Notes: generated by a model not told the origin, from the sequence alone. A DNA stretch of 64,000 nt from an uncultured Pseudomonadota bacterium (GCA_963770835.1 CAVYRH010000026.1:352001-416000), one strand, 5' to 3'; positions 20,286-30,211 are shown, counted from the first letter of the stretch. Numbers and translations: made by a program.

Positions 20286-20315
20286 AAAAGGCCCCTCAAA
20301 CCAAGGAACCCGAAC

Positions 20316-21308
20316 ATGACCCTTCTTTTAGCCGAGGAGTCCCTGACCGCGGTTGTTTCGGCTGCAGTTGCGGTGGCGGCCTTTTATTGGCTGGCTAAGG
20401 CCCTGGGGGCCCCCCGTTACAGCCTTCTTTTAGTCGGCTGCACTTTTCTCCTCTTACTGGCGGGTGCCCTCGTGACCAGCACGGGCTCCAGCCTGGCGGT
20501 GCCGGATTGGCCCCTTGCCTTTGGCAAGTTTTTCCCGCAAATGACAGGCGGGGTCCTTTTTGAGCATGGCCACCGCATGGTGGCGGGCACCGTGTCCCTT
20601 CTTATGCTGGCTTTCGCCCTCTACCTCCAAAAGGCCGAAACCCGCGGTTGGGTTAAGAAGCTTGCCTGGACCGCCGTGGGGGCCATCGTCCTGCAGGCGG
20701 TCTTGGGCGGGGTCACCGTGCTTTTGCACCTTCCCACGGAGGTTTCGGTGGCGCACGCCGGGCTGGCGCAGATTTTCTTTTGCCTGATCGTGAGCTTGGC
20801 CCTTGTGACGTCAAAAAGTTGGATCGAGGAAAGCCCCAACCGTCTCACGGACCGGCCCTCCACCATCCGCTTCTGGGCTGCCCTGACAACGGTGCTCACC
20901 TACCTGCAAATTGTCGTGGGGGCCATTACCCGGCATAGCGGTTCCGGCCTGGCTATCCCGGATTTTCCCCTTTCCTTCGGCCAACTGCTCCCGCCGGACT
21001 GGTCCTCTTCGGTCCTACTCCAATTCGGCCACACCCGCCTGGGGGCTTTTGTTGTTCTCTACTTGGTGACCCATACGGCCTACCGCGTCTGTACCCATTA
21101 CCCGGAGGAAAAGGCCCTGTTCTGGCCCGCAGCGGCTGCGGGGTTGTTCGTCTGGTTGCAGTGTTTTCTGGGAATACTCGTCATCGCCACCTCCAAGGAC
21201 ATCGTTCCAACTTCCATCCACGTCATCGTGGGCGCGGCCACCTTGGCCGCCATGCTGGTGCTGACCCTCAACAGCTTCCATTTATTCAAGAAGGGCCCCG
21301 TTTCTTGA
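20316..21308 (+). CDS. ctaA: Heme A synthase (CtaA/Cox15)
   Basis: GALVTSTGSSLAVPDWP, FEHGHRM, LQAVLGG, conserved His in TMs. Confidence 0.88.
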   Translation: MTLLLAEESLTAVVSAAVAVAAFYWLAKALGAPRYSLLLVGCTFLLLLAGALVTSTGSSLAVPDWPLAFGKFFPQMTGGVLFEHGHRMVAGTVSLLMLAFALYLQKAETRGWVKKLAWTAVGAIVLQAVLGGVTVLLHLPTEVSVAHAGLAQIFFCLIVSLALVTSKSWIEESPNRLTDRPSTIRFWAALTTVLTYLQIVVGAITRHSGSGLAIPDFPLSFGQLLPPDWSSSVLLQFGHTRLGAFVVLYLVTHTAYRVCTHYPEEKALFWPAAAAGLFVWLQCFLGILVIATSKDIVPTSIHVIVGAATLAAMLVLTLNSFHLFKKGPVS

Positions 21309-22168
21309 AGAACCTCCGGGACTACATCTCGCTTACCAAGCCGCGGCTAAACTCCCTGGCCATCGTCACGTCCCTGGCGGGGTTTTACCTGGGCAGCCCC
21401 AGGCCCCTTCATTGGGGCCTGTTGTTGTGGACCCTGCTTGGCACCACGGCGGTAGCGGGGGGATGCGGAACTTTAAACCAGTGGCTGGAAGCCGAAGCGG
21501 ACAGCCAAATGGCGCGCACCCGAAAAAGGCCCCTGCCCGCCGGGCGGCTCAAGAAGGAACAAGCTTTTTGGTTCGGGACCGGCCTTTCCGCCGTGGGCGT
21601 GGCGATCCTTTTTTTCCTCGTCAACGACCTGGCGGCCCTCCTGGGGTTGGCGGCCCTGGTGAGTTACATCGTTTTTTACACGCCCCTGAAAAAGATCACC
21701 TCCCTTTGCACGGTGGTGGGGGCCATCCCCGGGGCCATCCCACCCATGATCGGCTGGGCCTCGGCGCAATACCGCATCGGGCCCGAAGGCTGGACCCTCT
21801 TCGCCATCCTGTTCTTGTGGCAGATGCCTCATTTCCTTTCCATTGGATGGATTTACCGCGACGATTACGCCCGGGCCGGCTTTCCCATGCTGGCGGTCAT
21901 CGATCCGAAGGGGGAATCCACCGGCCTCATGGCCGTCGTTTACGCAGTGGCCCTGTTGCCGGTGTCCCTCTTGCCCGCGTTTTTCCATATGACGGGCCCG
22001 GTTTATTTTTGGGCGGCCCTTGTGTTAAGTTCGGCCTTCCTGTTTTATAGCTGCCGCATGGCATGGCACCGGACCCTTTCCAACGCCCGGGGTTTGTTCT
22101 GGTTCTCCATCACCTACCTGCCCCTGCTTTTCTTGGCGATGGTTTTAGATAAGACTCCACCCCATTAA
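21305..22168 (+). CDS. ctaB: Protoheme IX farnesyltransferase (heme O synthase)
   Basis: LTKPR, DSQMARTRKRPLPAG, YTPLKK, WQMPHF, DYARAGFPML; TTG start overlaps the ctaA stop. Confidence 0.93.
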   Translation: MKNLRDYISLTKPRLNSLAIVTSLAGFYLGSPRPLHWGLLLWTLLGTTAVAGGCGTLNQWLEAEADSQMARTRKRPLPAGRLKKEQAFWFGTGLSAVGVAILFFLVNDLAALLGLAALVSYIVFYTPLKKITSLCTVVGAIPGAIPPMIGWASAQYRIGPEGWTLFAILFLWQMPHFLSIGWIYRDDYARAGFPMLAVIDPKGESTGLMAVVYAVALLPVSLLPAFFHMTGPVYFWAALVLSSAFLFYSCRMAWHRTLSNARGLFWFSITYLPLLFLAMVLDKTPPH

Positions 22169-22297
22169 CCACAGATAAGCTCTGGTAAGGTAAAAGTACT
22201 TTTTGATTTTAAAATTAGAAGATCGTCTGAGTTTATTGAGGCTCATTCTTGATCCGTTTTGTTTGCCACACTCTGTGAACTCTGTGTACTCTGTGGT
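22168..22297. repeat. Inverted 9-bp-period repeat element (ACCACAGA.../...CTCTGTGGT), degenerate left arm
   Basis: CTCTGTGAA CTCTGTGTA CTCTGTGGT; same family at 28822, 41891 and 58860. Confidence 0.6.
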
Positions 22298-22309
22298 AAA
22301 GAGGTTTTT

Positions 22310-23239
22310 GTGGAAAACCTAATCGAAGTCGACAACCTCACCTACCAATACGGCGCCAAGACCGCCCTGGCAGGCCTCAGCTTTTCCGTGGGGCAGGGTG
22401 AAATCTTTGGGTTCCTCGGCCCCAACGGCGGGGGCAAAACCACCACTTTCAAGGTGCTTTCCACCCTTTTTTCCTGCAAGCCGGGGCAGGTGAAAATGTT
22501 CGGGCTGGACCTTTCCAGGGACAAGATCGCCATCCGCCGCAAGATGGGCATCGTCTTCCAGTTGCCGGCCTTGGACAAACAATTGAAGGTCCGGGAGAAC
22601 CTGGAACACCAGGGACACCTTTACGGGATCGCGGGGAAAGAACTCCAAAGCCGCATTGACCGGGATTTGGAGCGCTTGGGCCTGAAGGACCGGGCCAAGG
22701 ATAAGGTCAAAACACTGTCAGGAGGTTTGCAGCGCCGGGTGGAATTGGCCAAGGCGCTCCTGAGTAACCCGGAACTGATGATCTTGGACGAGCCTTCCAC
22801 AGGCCTTGACCCTGCGGCCCGCAGGGAATTCTGGAATCAATTGGAATCCTTAAGGAAAGAACAGGGCATGACGGTCCTTGTGACGACCCACTACCTGGAG
22901 GAAGCGGACCGTTGCGACCGGCTTTTGATCCTGGACAAGGGCGAGAAAGTTGCCTTGGGAAATCCCGAACAACTGAAATCCGAAATCGGAGGGGAAGTGT
23001 TGAGGGTGCGGGCCAAGAATCCCGAGGAGCTGATGAAGGCTATTGAGGAAAAACTGAAAGTAAAAACCCTGTTGCTGGGTGGATTGATTCAAATCGAGCA
23101 ACCTAAGGCCCACAACCTGGTTGCGCCGCTGTTGGAGGCTTTTCCGGAACAGGTTTTGTCCCTCACCTTGGGATTGCCCACCCTGGAGGATGTTTTTATT
23201 CATAAGACAGGGCGCCGGATGATGGAGGAAAAAGAATGA
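22310..23239 (+). CDS. ABC transporter ATP-binding protein
   Basis: GPNGGGKT, LSGG, LILDEP, TTH. Confidence 0.93.
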   Translation: MENLIEVDNLTYQYGAKTALAGLSFSVGQGEIFGFLGPNGGGKTTTFKVLSTLFSCKPGQVKMFGLDLSRDKIAIRRKMGIVFQLPALDKQLKVRENLEHQGHLYGIAGKELQSRIDRDLERLGLKDRAKDKVKTLSGGLQRRVELAKALLSNPELMILDEPSTGLDPAARREFWNQLESLRKEQGMTVLVTTHYLEEADRCDRLLILDKGEKVALGNPEQLKSEIGGEVLRVRAKNPEELMKAIEEKLKVKTLLLGGLIQIEQPKAHNLVAPLLEAFPEQVLSLTLGLPTLEDVFIHKTGRRMMEEKE

Positions 23240-23258
23240 AATCACAGAGAGGATTTAT

Positions 23259-23555
23259 TTGAATACGCCAAAATTTTCATCTAATGAAAAGGTTAAATTT
23301 TTCCTTTTATCTATTGGTGCTTTACTTGTTGTGGTGTTCATAAATTTTAAAACTGAAAACTTAGATAGAAATGGATGCTTTCGTGGAGGCCTTCTTTGGC
23401 TTTGCGGAACCATTTTCTTTTTTTTAACAACACAATTAGATAAAGGAGGATTTATGTATTCGAAACAAACTAATTATTACAAATCGCGTTTCTCTCAAGA
23501 TTTTTTTGGATTTCTTCTCTTATTGCTGTTATTGCGGCAGCTGTCCTTTCTTTAA
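23259..23555 (+). CDS. AT-rich hypothetical membrane protein (possibly a degraded foreign insert)
   Basis: Only ORF in an AT-rich interval between the ABC ATPase and permease; hydrophobic. Confidence 0.3.
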   Translation: MNTPKFSSNEKVKFFLLSIGALLVVVFINFKTENLDRNGCFRGGLLWLCGTIFFFLTTQLDKGGFMYSKQTNYYKSRFSQDFFGFLLLLLLLRQLSFL

Positions 23556-23695
23556 CGTATTTCGTTAGATTTTTTTTGAAGAATGGGTAATTTGATACAC
23601 CCGAAATGTTAAGTTAACGATGAAATCTCTTATCGGAACCGGACGCAACGTGAGGACTCGAGAAATGGTTATTAAGTTAAGTGGGGAGACATAAC

Positions 23696-24442
23696 GTGAA
23701 TTTCTGGTTGGCCGTTTATACCCTCTGGCAGAGAGAACTGGTGCGGTTCTACCGGCAGCCCAGCCGAGTAGTGGGGGCTGTGGGTACGGCTTTGCTGTTT
23801 TGGCTGGTTTTGGGTTCGGGCATTCCGGTAGCCAATTACCGGGCTTATTTCCTACCTGGAACCATCGTGATGAGCGTGCTTTTCACCTGTATTTTCTCCA
23901 ATGCCTCAGTCATCGAGGACCGGCAAGCGGGATTCCTCCAGTCCGTCATGGTGGCGCCGGTGACCCGCGCGGCCATCGTCATGGGCAAGATACTGGGCGG
24001 GGCCACCCTTTCCACCCTCCAAGGCCTCATCCTGCTCCCAGTGGCGTTGACGGTGGGGGCCACCTTCCAAATCCTCCCATTCCTGGGGCTCATCCTGTCC
24101 CTGTTCCTCCTTTCTTTTGTCCTCAACGCCATGGGTTTCTGGCTGGCGTGGAAAATCGAATCCACCCCTGGGTTCCATACCATCATGAACATGGTGCTCC
24201 TTCCCATGTGGATGGCCTCGGGCGCCATTTTCGCCGGGAGCGGTTCGGGCTGGATGGCGGCCTTTATCAAGGTCAACCCCTTCACCTACGGTGTGGCGGG
24301 CGTGCGACGTGGCCTTTTCCCCGATACGGACTTAAGTTCCGTGCCGACGCTGCCCCTTTGCCTGACCGTGCTGGTTGGGGTGTCGCTATTCTTTTACGCC
24401 CTTTCCTCCTGGGCCGTCGAGAAAACCAATGAAACAAAGTAA
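23696..24442 (+). CDS. ABC-2 type permease
   Basis: RELVRFYRQ, FLPG, EDRQAGFL...VAPV, NPFTYGV. Confidence 0.9.
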   Translation: MNFWLAVYTLWQRELVRFYRQPSRVVGAVGTALLFWLVLGSGIPVANYRAYFLPGTIVMSVLFTCIFSNASVIEDRQAGFLQSVMVAPVTRAAIVMGKILGGATLSTLQGLILLPVALTVGATFQILPFLGLILSLFLLSFVLNAMGFWLAWKIESTPGFHTIMNMVLLPMWMASGAIFAGSGSGWMAAFIKVNPFTYGVAGVRRGLFPDTDLSSVPTLPLCLTVLVGVSLFFYALSSWAVEKTNETK

Positions 24443-25070
24443 AAAAACGAAGTCTCCTTCCTTAAGCAAGACCATCCTTTTGGTCGTGGCCCTAGGACTG
24501 CTGACTTTTCTAGGATGGCGGGTTTGGAGCTCGCGGCCTTCGGACAGGTTCCAGAAACCCATTGATTCAGCGCCCGAGTTTTCCTTCACGGACCGCAGCG
24601 GGCGGATCTTTTCCAGCTCAGAACTAAAAGGGAAGGTCTGGGTGGTGGACTTTATCTTCTCCCATTGCGCGGGTTCCTGCCCGATGCTCAGCCAGAAAAT
24701 GAAAACATTGCAGGACACCTGGAAGGGCAACCCGAATTTTAAACTCGTCACTTTCACCGTCGATCCCGACCGGGATACGGTGGAAGCCCTCAAGCAATAC
24801 TCCGACGATTACCAAGCTGATCCGGCCCAATGGTTTTTCCTTACCGGGAAAAAAGATGACATCTACAAAACGATTTTGGGGGGATTCAAGGAGATCGCCG
24901 CCCGCGATTATGAGGCTGGTCCGGGGTTTGAGTTCATCCACAGCACCCGCATGGTCCTGGTGGATGGCGATGGGAAAATCCGCGGGCTTTACGACGGGGA
25001 GAACGACGGGGATGTCCTAAAACTGCGGCACGACATTAAATACCTTATGGGAGCATGGTCTCACACATAA
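24429..25070 (+). CDS. SCO1/SenC copper chaperone
   Basis: FIFSHCAGSCP (CxxxC), VDPDRD, HS...LVD. Confidence 0.9.
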   Translation: MKQSKKTKSPSLSKTILLVVALGLLTFLGWRVWSSRPSDRFQKPIDSAPEFSFTDRSGRIFSSSELKGKVWVVDFIFSHCAGSCPMLSQKMKTLQDTWKGNPNFKLVTFTVDPDRDTVEALKQYSDDYQADPAQWFFLTGKKDDIYKTILGGFKEIAARDYEAGPGFEFIHSTRMVLVDGDGKIRGLYDGENDGDVLKLRHDIKYLMGAWSHT

Positions 25071-25150
25071 AAAATAATCGCTGTCATTGCGAGGATTGAG
25101 CCCCGAATAGGGGCTCGATTATGATGAAGCAACCCCAGTTTAAATAAGTT

Positions 25151-26321
25151 GTAACCTCTGAAAAACTCCCTGTTTTGGTTTGAAACTCTTCTCACCAGGG
25201 TTTTCAACCCCGCTTGGAGATGTTTTTGTTTCTCCAAAGGTGTTGCACTTACTCCTAGAACTCCTTTTTCGACCCTTCTTGCGTCATCTGCCTCTGAAAA
25301 AACTCCCCTTAGCTCAGGCCGCCGCCAACTTTACGGCTCTTTTCCCATTAAATGCGATGCCACAGATCAACACCCAAATCTTGTTTCGGGCCATCCCGTA
25401 GTACCTCATTCGTCCCATCGAACACCACCGCTTCAAGGTACTCATTGTCGCCTCGATCCCGCACCTCACACGGCCCCAAACCTTGTTTTGCTTTAATTGC
25501 CTCTGGGTCAGCTTCTGTCCCCGCCAAACACGATGTAACACTCGATTCCGAATCCCTCGTTCCTCCAAATATTCATCGTGTTGCGCCGACCGGTAAGCCT
25601 TGTCAGCAAATGCCTGTTCTACCCCGCGAGGAACCATGTCTTTGAAATGTTCGTGATCGTGTTCCTCAATATGACTTAGATCCATCTTTCGAATCAGGCC
25701 GCTTTTCTCGTCCTGACCCACATGAACCTTCATCCCATCCACGGCTTTTCCTTGCCGGGAGGTGTAATGAACATCTTCATCCACCGGCTTTCCCTCTTGA
25801 TCCTTGGATTCCGGTTTACAGGCTCCTTCCACCAGGGTGGAGTCCACAATGGCCCCTTTCTTGACCAAAAGTCCTTTCCGATCTAAACCCTGTTGCACTG
25901 CCCCCCAAACCCGGTCTATCAAACCGGCTTCCCGGAGTCTTTCCCGAAACTTCACCAAAGTGGTGTCGTCGACGTGGTACTCTCGCACCCCTTCACCCAC
26001 GAACCGCTCAAAACTGCGCCGGTCGTGGATTTCTTGGACTACTTCCACATCCGACAGGCCGTACCAGGATTCCAGCAAAAGGCATTTAAACAAGATCAAA
26101 GGCGGGATGGGAGGTCTCCCCGTGTTGCCCCGGTACATTTCCATCAGCAATTTCTCGATCTTCGGAAAGTCCAGAACCTTATCCACTTCCTCTAGCATGG
26201 TCTTTTTGAGTCGCCGGTTCTTGTCCTCGTACATCCCGAAGCTGATTTGCATGGAATCCCTCCGTCTGGAATGCTGCTATTATATTTCAGCATTTAGACG
26301 AAGGAGTTTTTCAGAGGTTAC
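25151..26321 (-). mobile_element. IS5-family insertion sequence
   Basis: 19-bp perfect TIR GTAACCTCTGAAAAACTCC; AAGTT direct repeat at 25146-25150 and 26322-26326. Confidence 0.9.
25314..26252 (-). CDS. IS5-family DDE transposase
   Basis: GRPP, WYGLSD, IVDST, GMKVH, ADKAY, RCGIE. Confidence 0.92.
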   Translation of the reverse strand: MQISFGMYEDKNRRLKKTMLEEVDKVLDFPKIEKLLMEMYRGNTGRPPIPPLILFKCLLLESWYGLSDVEVVQEIHDRRSFERFVGEGVREYHVDDTTLVKFRERLREAGLIDRVWGAVQQGLDRKGLLVKKGAIVDSTLVEGACKPESKDQEGKPVDEDVHYTSRQGKAVDGMKVHVGQDEKSGLIRKMDLSHIEEHDHEHFKDMVPRGVEQAFADKAYRSAQHDEYLEERGIRNRVLHRVWRGQKLTQRQLKQNKVWGRVRCGIEATMSTLKRWCSMGRMRYYGMARNKIWVLICGIAFNGKRAVKLAAA

Positions 26322-26451
26322 AAGTTGTTTCCCAAAGAGGGGTGCCTTCAATCTATTTTGGGACTGAGGTTGCTTCCTCCTTATCGGCCGCCTATTCGGC
26401 GGCCACTCGTCGCAATGACCGCAGTTATTACTACATGGTTCAAGGAGTCAC

Positions 26452-26874
26452 ATGAACATCAATATCCTGCCGATGATCAACGCCGGGCTCAACGCCTTGA
26501 GCGCCCTGCTCCTTTTAACGGGTTATACTTTCATCCGAAAAGGAAATCGCCAGGCGCACCGGTTTTGCATGGTCGCGGCCTTCATCGTTTCGGTCGTGTT
26601 CCTCGTTTCTTATCTCGTGCATCACGCCCTGGCGGGAATCATTTATTACCAGGGACAGGGATTTTCCCGGATCCTTTATTTTATCATTCTTTGGACCCAC
26701 ACTCCTTTAGCCGCACTGGTTCCTGTTTTAGCCATCCTTACCCTTCGCCAGGCCCTGAAGGGAAACTTCGTGAAACACAAAAGACTCGCGCATTGGACCT
26801 TCCCCATTTGGATGTATGTTTCTATCACGGGGGTTGTTATTTATTTCATGCTTTACCAGGGATTCCTGCAATAA
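26452..26874 (+). CDS. DUF420 family membrane protein (oxidase-assembly associated)
   Basis: NAGLN, HRFCM, FLVSY, HKRLA..TFPIWMYVSITG. Confidence 0.85.
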   Translation: MNINILPMINAGLNALSALLLLTGYTFIRKGNRQAHRFCMVAAFIVSVVFLVSYLVHHALAGIIYYQGQGFSRILYFIILWTHTPLAALVPVLAILTLRQALKGNFVKHKRLAHWTFPIWMYVSITGVVIYFMLYQGFLQ

Positions 26875-26982
26875 GCCCGGTTTCTTGACTGGATCCCCCC
26901 CGCCCTGGATCCTAGAGAGGCCGTTGTTTTTTCCCAAGGTCCCTCCGTATATTGAAATTGGTTCACCTCGAAGGGGGCGCCC

Positions 26983-27414
26983 ATGAATGTCACCGAAGAC
27001 GAAGTCCTGGAAATCGCCAGAAACGCCAAGACCGTGGCGGTTGAGGGAATGCAGGATGAAAGCAAAATGGACCGGCCCGCCTACCAGATTCCAGCGATGT
27101 TGAAGGAGCGGGGCATCCGGATCTACCCCGTCAACCCCAAGATCCAATCGTCCATGGGAGAGAACGCCTACGCGGCCATCAAGGACGTGCCGGTGAAAGT
27201 GGATATCCTCGACGTGTTCCGGCGGCCCGACGTGATCCCCGCCCTAGCCGACGAGTTGATCGCCCTGCCCGAGGACAAGCGCCCCAAGGTGGTTTGGCTC
27301 CAAAGCGGTATTACCCATCCCCAGGCCGAGGCCAAACTTGAAAAGGCGGGGTTTAAGGTCGTCTCCGACGCCTGCCTGGGCGTCATCGCTTCGCGTGTCC
27401 GGCACAAGGTCTAG
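26983..27414 (+). CDS. CoA-binding protein (YccU-like)
   Basis: YPVNP, VDILDVFRR, VWLQSGI. Confidence 0.85.
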   Translation: MNVTEDEVLEIARNAKTVAVEGMQDESKMDRPAYQIPAMLKERGIRIYPVNPKIQSSMGENAYAAIKDVPVKVDILDVFRRPDVIPALADELIALPEDKRPKVVWLQSGITHPQAEAKLEKAGFKVVSDACLGVIASRVRHKV

Positions 27415-27489
27415 GTTTTCCACAACCCAAGTTAACGCTTCCAGACCCTTTCGCTTACAATAGCCCGTAACCTCTTGAAGGAGGGAACC

Positions 27490-27954
27490 ATGGCTTTTCA
27501 GCTGACCAGCCGGGCTTTCAAGGACGCGGAAATGATTCCGCCCCATTACACCGTGGATGGGGATGATGTTTCCCCACCCCTGGAATGGAAAGACCCACCC
27601 TCCGGAACCAACAGCTTCGCCCTCATTTGCGACGACCCGGACGCGCCCGGCGGAACCTTCACCCATTGGCTGATTTACAACATCCCCACCAGCGTCATTT
27701 TGCTTCCCGAGGCTTTTCCTTCCTTGAAATCACTCCCCAACGGCACCAAACAGGGAACCAACGATTTCGGGGGCATTGGTTACCGGGGCCCGGCCCCGCC
27801 CAGCGGAATCCACCGTTATTACTTCAAGTTGTACGCCCTCAGCGCTCCAGTGGACCTGGAGGAAGGGGCCAAAAAGCCCACGCTGGAAAGATTAGTCCAA
27901 AGGCGGGCTTTAGGGGAGACGCAATTGATGGGAAAGTATCAACGGAGTAAATAA
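27490..27954 (+). CDS. YbhB/YbcL (PEBP) family protein, cytoplasmic
   Basis: SPPLEW, DPDAP, HW, GYRGPAPP, HRYYF. Confidence 0.92.
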   Translation: MAFQLTSRAFKDAEMIPPHYTVDGDDVSPPLEWKDPPSGTNSFALICDDPDAPGGTFTHWLIYNIPTSVILLPEAFPSLKSLPNGTKQGTNDFGGIGYRGPAPPSGIHRYYFKLYALSAPVDLEEGAKKPTLERLVQRRALGETQLMGKYQRSK

Positions 27955-27957
27955 AAT

Positions 27958-28067
27958 TATGAATTTTGAATTCTTAGTTTTGAATTATGGTCACTTTTGC
28001 CTTCGTCAAAAGTTCCAGAGTCTTTTGTTAAATAAAATTTAGAATTAATTATTAAAAACTCAAAATT
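27958..28067. repeat. AT-rich 7-bp-period inverted repeat (TTTTGAA.../...TCAAAAT)
   Basis: TATGAAT TTTGAAT TCTTAGT TTTGAAT ... AACTCAAAATTC. Confidence 0.5.
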
Positions 28068-28085
28068 CCGACAAGGTGACGCCAG

Positions 28086-28811
28086 TTGAAAAAACTTTTA
28101 CTACTCATTTCATTGCTGGCCACATTGGTTACACCTGCCTTGTCGGCTAAGTGGCCTTCCCCCGTAGGGGCCGTCAATGATTTCGCCCAGGTGATCCCCG
28201 CCGACCAAGCGCAGGACTTGGAAAATTACCTGGACGACTTCCAGGGCAAGACCGGAAACGCCATCGTGATTGTCACCTTACCCTCGGTGGAGGGCGCGGA
28301 CGTGGACCAGGCCGCCGTGGAACTCTTCCAGGCCTGGGGCATCGGGCAAAAAGGGAAGGACAATGGGATACTCATCCTGGCCTCCATCAAGGACCGCCGG
28401 GCGCGCATCGAAGTGGGTTACGGGTTGGAAGGCGTTATCACGGACGCGGACGCGGGGGATATTCTCCGACAGCAGGTCTACCCCTATTTCAAACAACAGC
28501 AATACGGCCAGGGCCTCAGCAATGCCGCCCACGCCGCCGCTCAATTAATCCAAGGGGGCGCGGAAGGCCAACCCCAGGGGAATGAAGCGGGGAGTCCTCC
28601 CATCGGAGAGGTCATTAAGACTATCATCATTATCGCCATCGTTTTGCTTTACTTGCTTATCCGCATCCGCTTTGGGGGATGGTGGGGCGGCGGGTTCTAT
28701 GGCGGCGGTGGAGGCTGGGGAGGCGGGGGTTTTGGCGGCGGTGGTGGAGGCGGATTCGGGGGCTTTGGCGGCGGCGGTTCGGGCGGTGGCGGCGCCAGCG
28801 GCGGCTGGTGA
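28086..28811 (+). CDS. TPM-domain protein with Gly-rich tail
   Basis: VNDFA, WGIGQKGKDNGIL, IEVGYGLEG, GGGGASGGW. Confidence 0.92.
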   Translation: MKKLLLLISLLATLVTPALSAKWPSPVGAVNDFAQVIPADQAQDLENYLDDFQGKTGNAIVIVTLPSVEGADVDQAAVELFQAWGIGQKGKDNGILILASIKDRRARIEVGYGLEGVITDADAGDILRQQVYPYFKQQQYGQGLSNAAHAAAQLIQGGAEGQPQGNEAGSPPIGEVIKTIIIIAIVLLYLLIRIRFGGWWGGGFYGGGGGWGGGGFGGGGGGGFGGFGGGGSGGGGASGGW

Positions 28812-28821
28812 GACATCTTGA

Positions 28822-28895
28822 ACCACAGAGGACACGGAGCTAAAGCAAAAGACTTGATTTGATTTTCTCTCCGTGAACTCTGTGACCTCTGTGGT
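28822..28895. repeat. Inverted 9-bp-period repeat element
   Basis: ACCACAGAGGACACGGAG ... CTCCGTGAACTCTGTGACCTCTGTGGT. Confidence 0.7.
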
Positions 28896-28914
28896 GAAAA
28901 TGAAGGAGATGCTT

Positions 28915-29610
28915 ATGAAGTGGACGACAGAAAAGATGGTGGAAGAACTCAAGACCCTCTTGGGAAGCCAATTGGTGTCGGTGGTCCTCTATGGATCGGC
29001 GGCGGCGGGGGACCACGCGGGGAAAAACTCCGATATCAACCTTTTGGTGGTGACCCACCAGCTTTTTCCCAAGGAACTGATGGCCCTTTCCAAGGCGATG
29101 GTGCCCTGGACCCGGCAAGGCAACCCTCCGCCCCTTCTTTTGACCCAAGAGCACCTGAAGGATTTCGTCGATGTTTTCCCGATTGAGATTTTGGACATCC
29201 AGCACAACCACCAGGTCCTCCACGGGCCCGACCCAGTGAAGAGGCTTTCGGTTTCCCATGGCGATCTTCGGGTGGAGTTGGAACACGAGCTCCAGGGCAA
29301 ATTGCTCCAGTTGAAGACCCACTTCGCCCTGACGGAGGCCCGGCCCGCCCTCGTGGAAAAACTCATGGTGGAATCCCTCTCCACGTTTTTGGTTTTGTTC
29401 AAAAGCGCCCTCTGGCTCTACCGCGAGAAGCCTTCCCGCAGAAAAATGGAAGCTTTGAGAAAGTTGAAAAAGAAAATTACCTTCGACCTGGAGCCCTTTG
29501 AGACCGTGGACCGCCTCAAACGGGGGGAAAAGATCAAGGATTTGAACGTGCTTGTTCTTTTCGAAAAGTACCTGAGCTCTATTGAAACGATCGTTGACAA
29601 TGTCAACTAA
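28915..29610 (+). CDS. Pol-beta-type nucleotidyltransferase-fold protein (DxN variant)
   Basis: VVLYGSAAAGD...SDINLLVV. Confidence 0.75.
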   Translation: MKWTTEKMVEELKTLLGSQLVSVVLYGSAAAGDHAGKNSDINLLVVTHQLFPKELMALSKAMVPWTRQGNPPPLLLTQEHLKDFVDVFPIEILDIQHNHQVLHGPDPVKRLSVSHGDLRVELEHELQGKLLQLKTHFALTEARPALVEKLMVESLSTFLVLFKSALWLYREKPSRRKMEALRKLKKKITFDLEPFETVDRLKRGEKIKDLNVLVLFEKYLSSIETIVDNVN

Positions 29611-29620
29611 GGAGGCGGGG

Positions 29621-30178
29621 ATGGACTCGCGACGCTGGATGGTCGGTATCATTACGCTGGTAATGGCGCTAGCTTTTGGGTCCGCCGGGGCCAAGAAGAA
29701 ATCCAGTTTGAGGCTACAAAGCAAGTCGTTCGAAGACGGGAAAAGGATTTCGGAGAAATACACTTGCCAGGGCAAGAACATTTCCCCGGAGCTGAATTGG
29801 AAAGGGGCTCCGCCTGAAACCAAATGTTTTGCTTTGATCGTGGAAGACCCGGACGCTCCCGCCATGAATTTTACCCATTGGGTGGCCTTTAATATCCCCG
29901 CCATCGCCGACCCCCAAACGAACGGGTTCGAACTGGTGGAGGGGTTCCCGCGGGACCCCAAATCCGACAAGGGGATTACCCAGGGCGCCAATGATTTCCA
30001 AAAAATCGGCTATGACGGGCCTTGCCCCCCGAGCGGCGTCCACCGATATTATTTCAAGCTTTACGCCCTCGACGGCTTCCTTTCCTTGGGGGGCGGCGCC
30101 TTAAGGAGCCAGGTGGAAAAGGCCATGAAGGGCCATGTGCTGGCCCAGACGCAAATCATGGGGCAGTACGGCCAATAA
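29621..30178 (+). CDS. YbhB/YbcL (PEBP) family protein, exported
   Basis: Signal peptide; DPDAP, HW, GYDGPCPP, HRYYF. Confidence 0.9.
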   Translation: MDSRRWMVGIITLVMALAFGSAGAKKKSSLRLQSKSFEDGKRISEKYTCQGKNISPELNWKGAPPETKCFALIVEDPDAPAMNFTHWVAFNIPAIADPQTNGFELVEGFPRDPKSDKGITQGANDFQKIGYDGPCPPSGVHRYYFKLYALDGFLSLGGGALRSQVEKAMKGHVLAQTQIMGQYGQ

Positions 30179-30211
30179 CCGGAATTCGAAATTTTAAATT
30201 GGAGGTAGGGT

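Larger units (their letters stand above)
25083..26419. repeat. GTCATTGCGAG...CGCAATGAC palindromic element (REP/MITE-like) interrupted by IS5
   Basis: Left arm 25083-25144 is nearly the exact reverse complement of the right arm of copy 31602-31750; the other arm ends at 26419. Confidence 0.8.
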
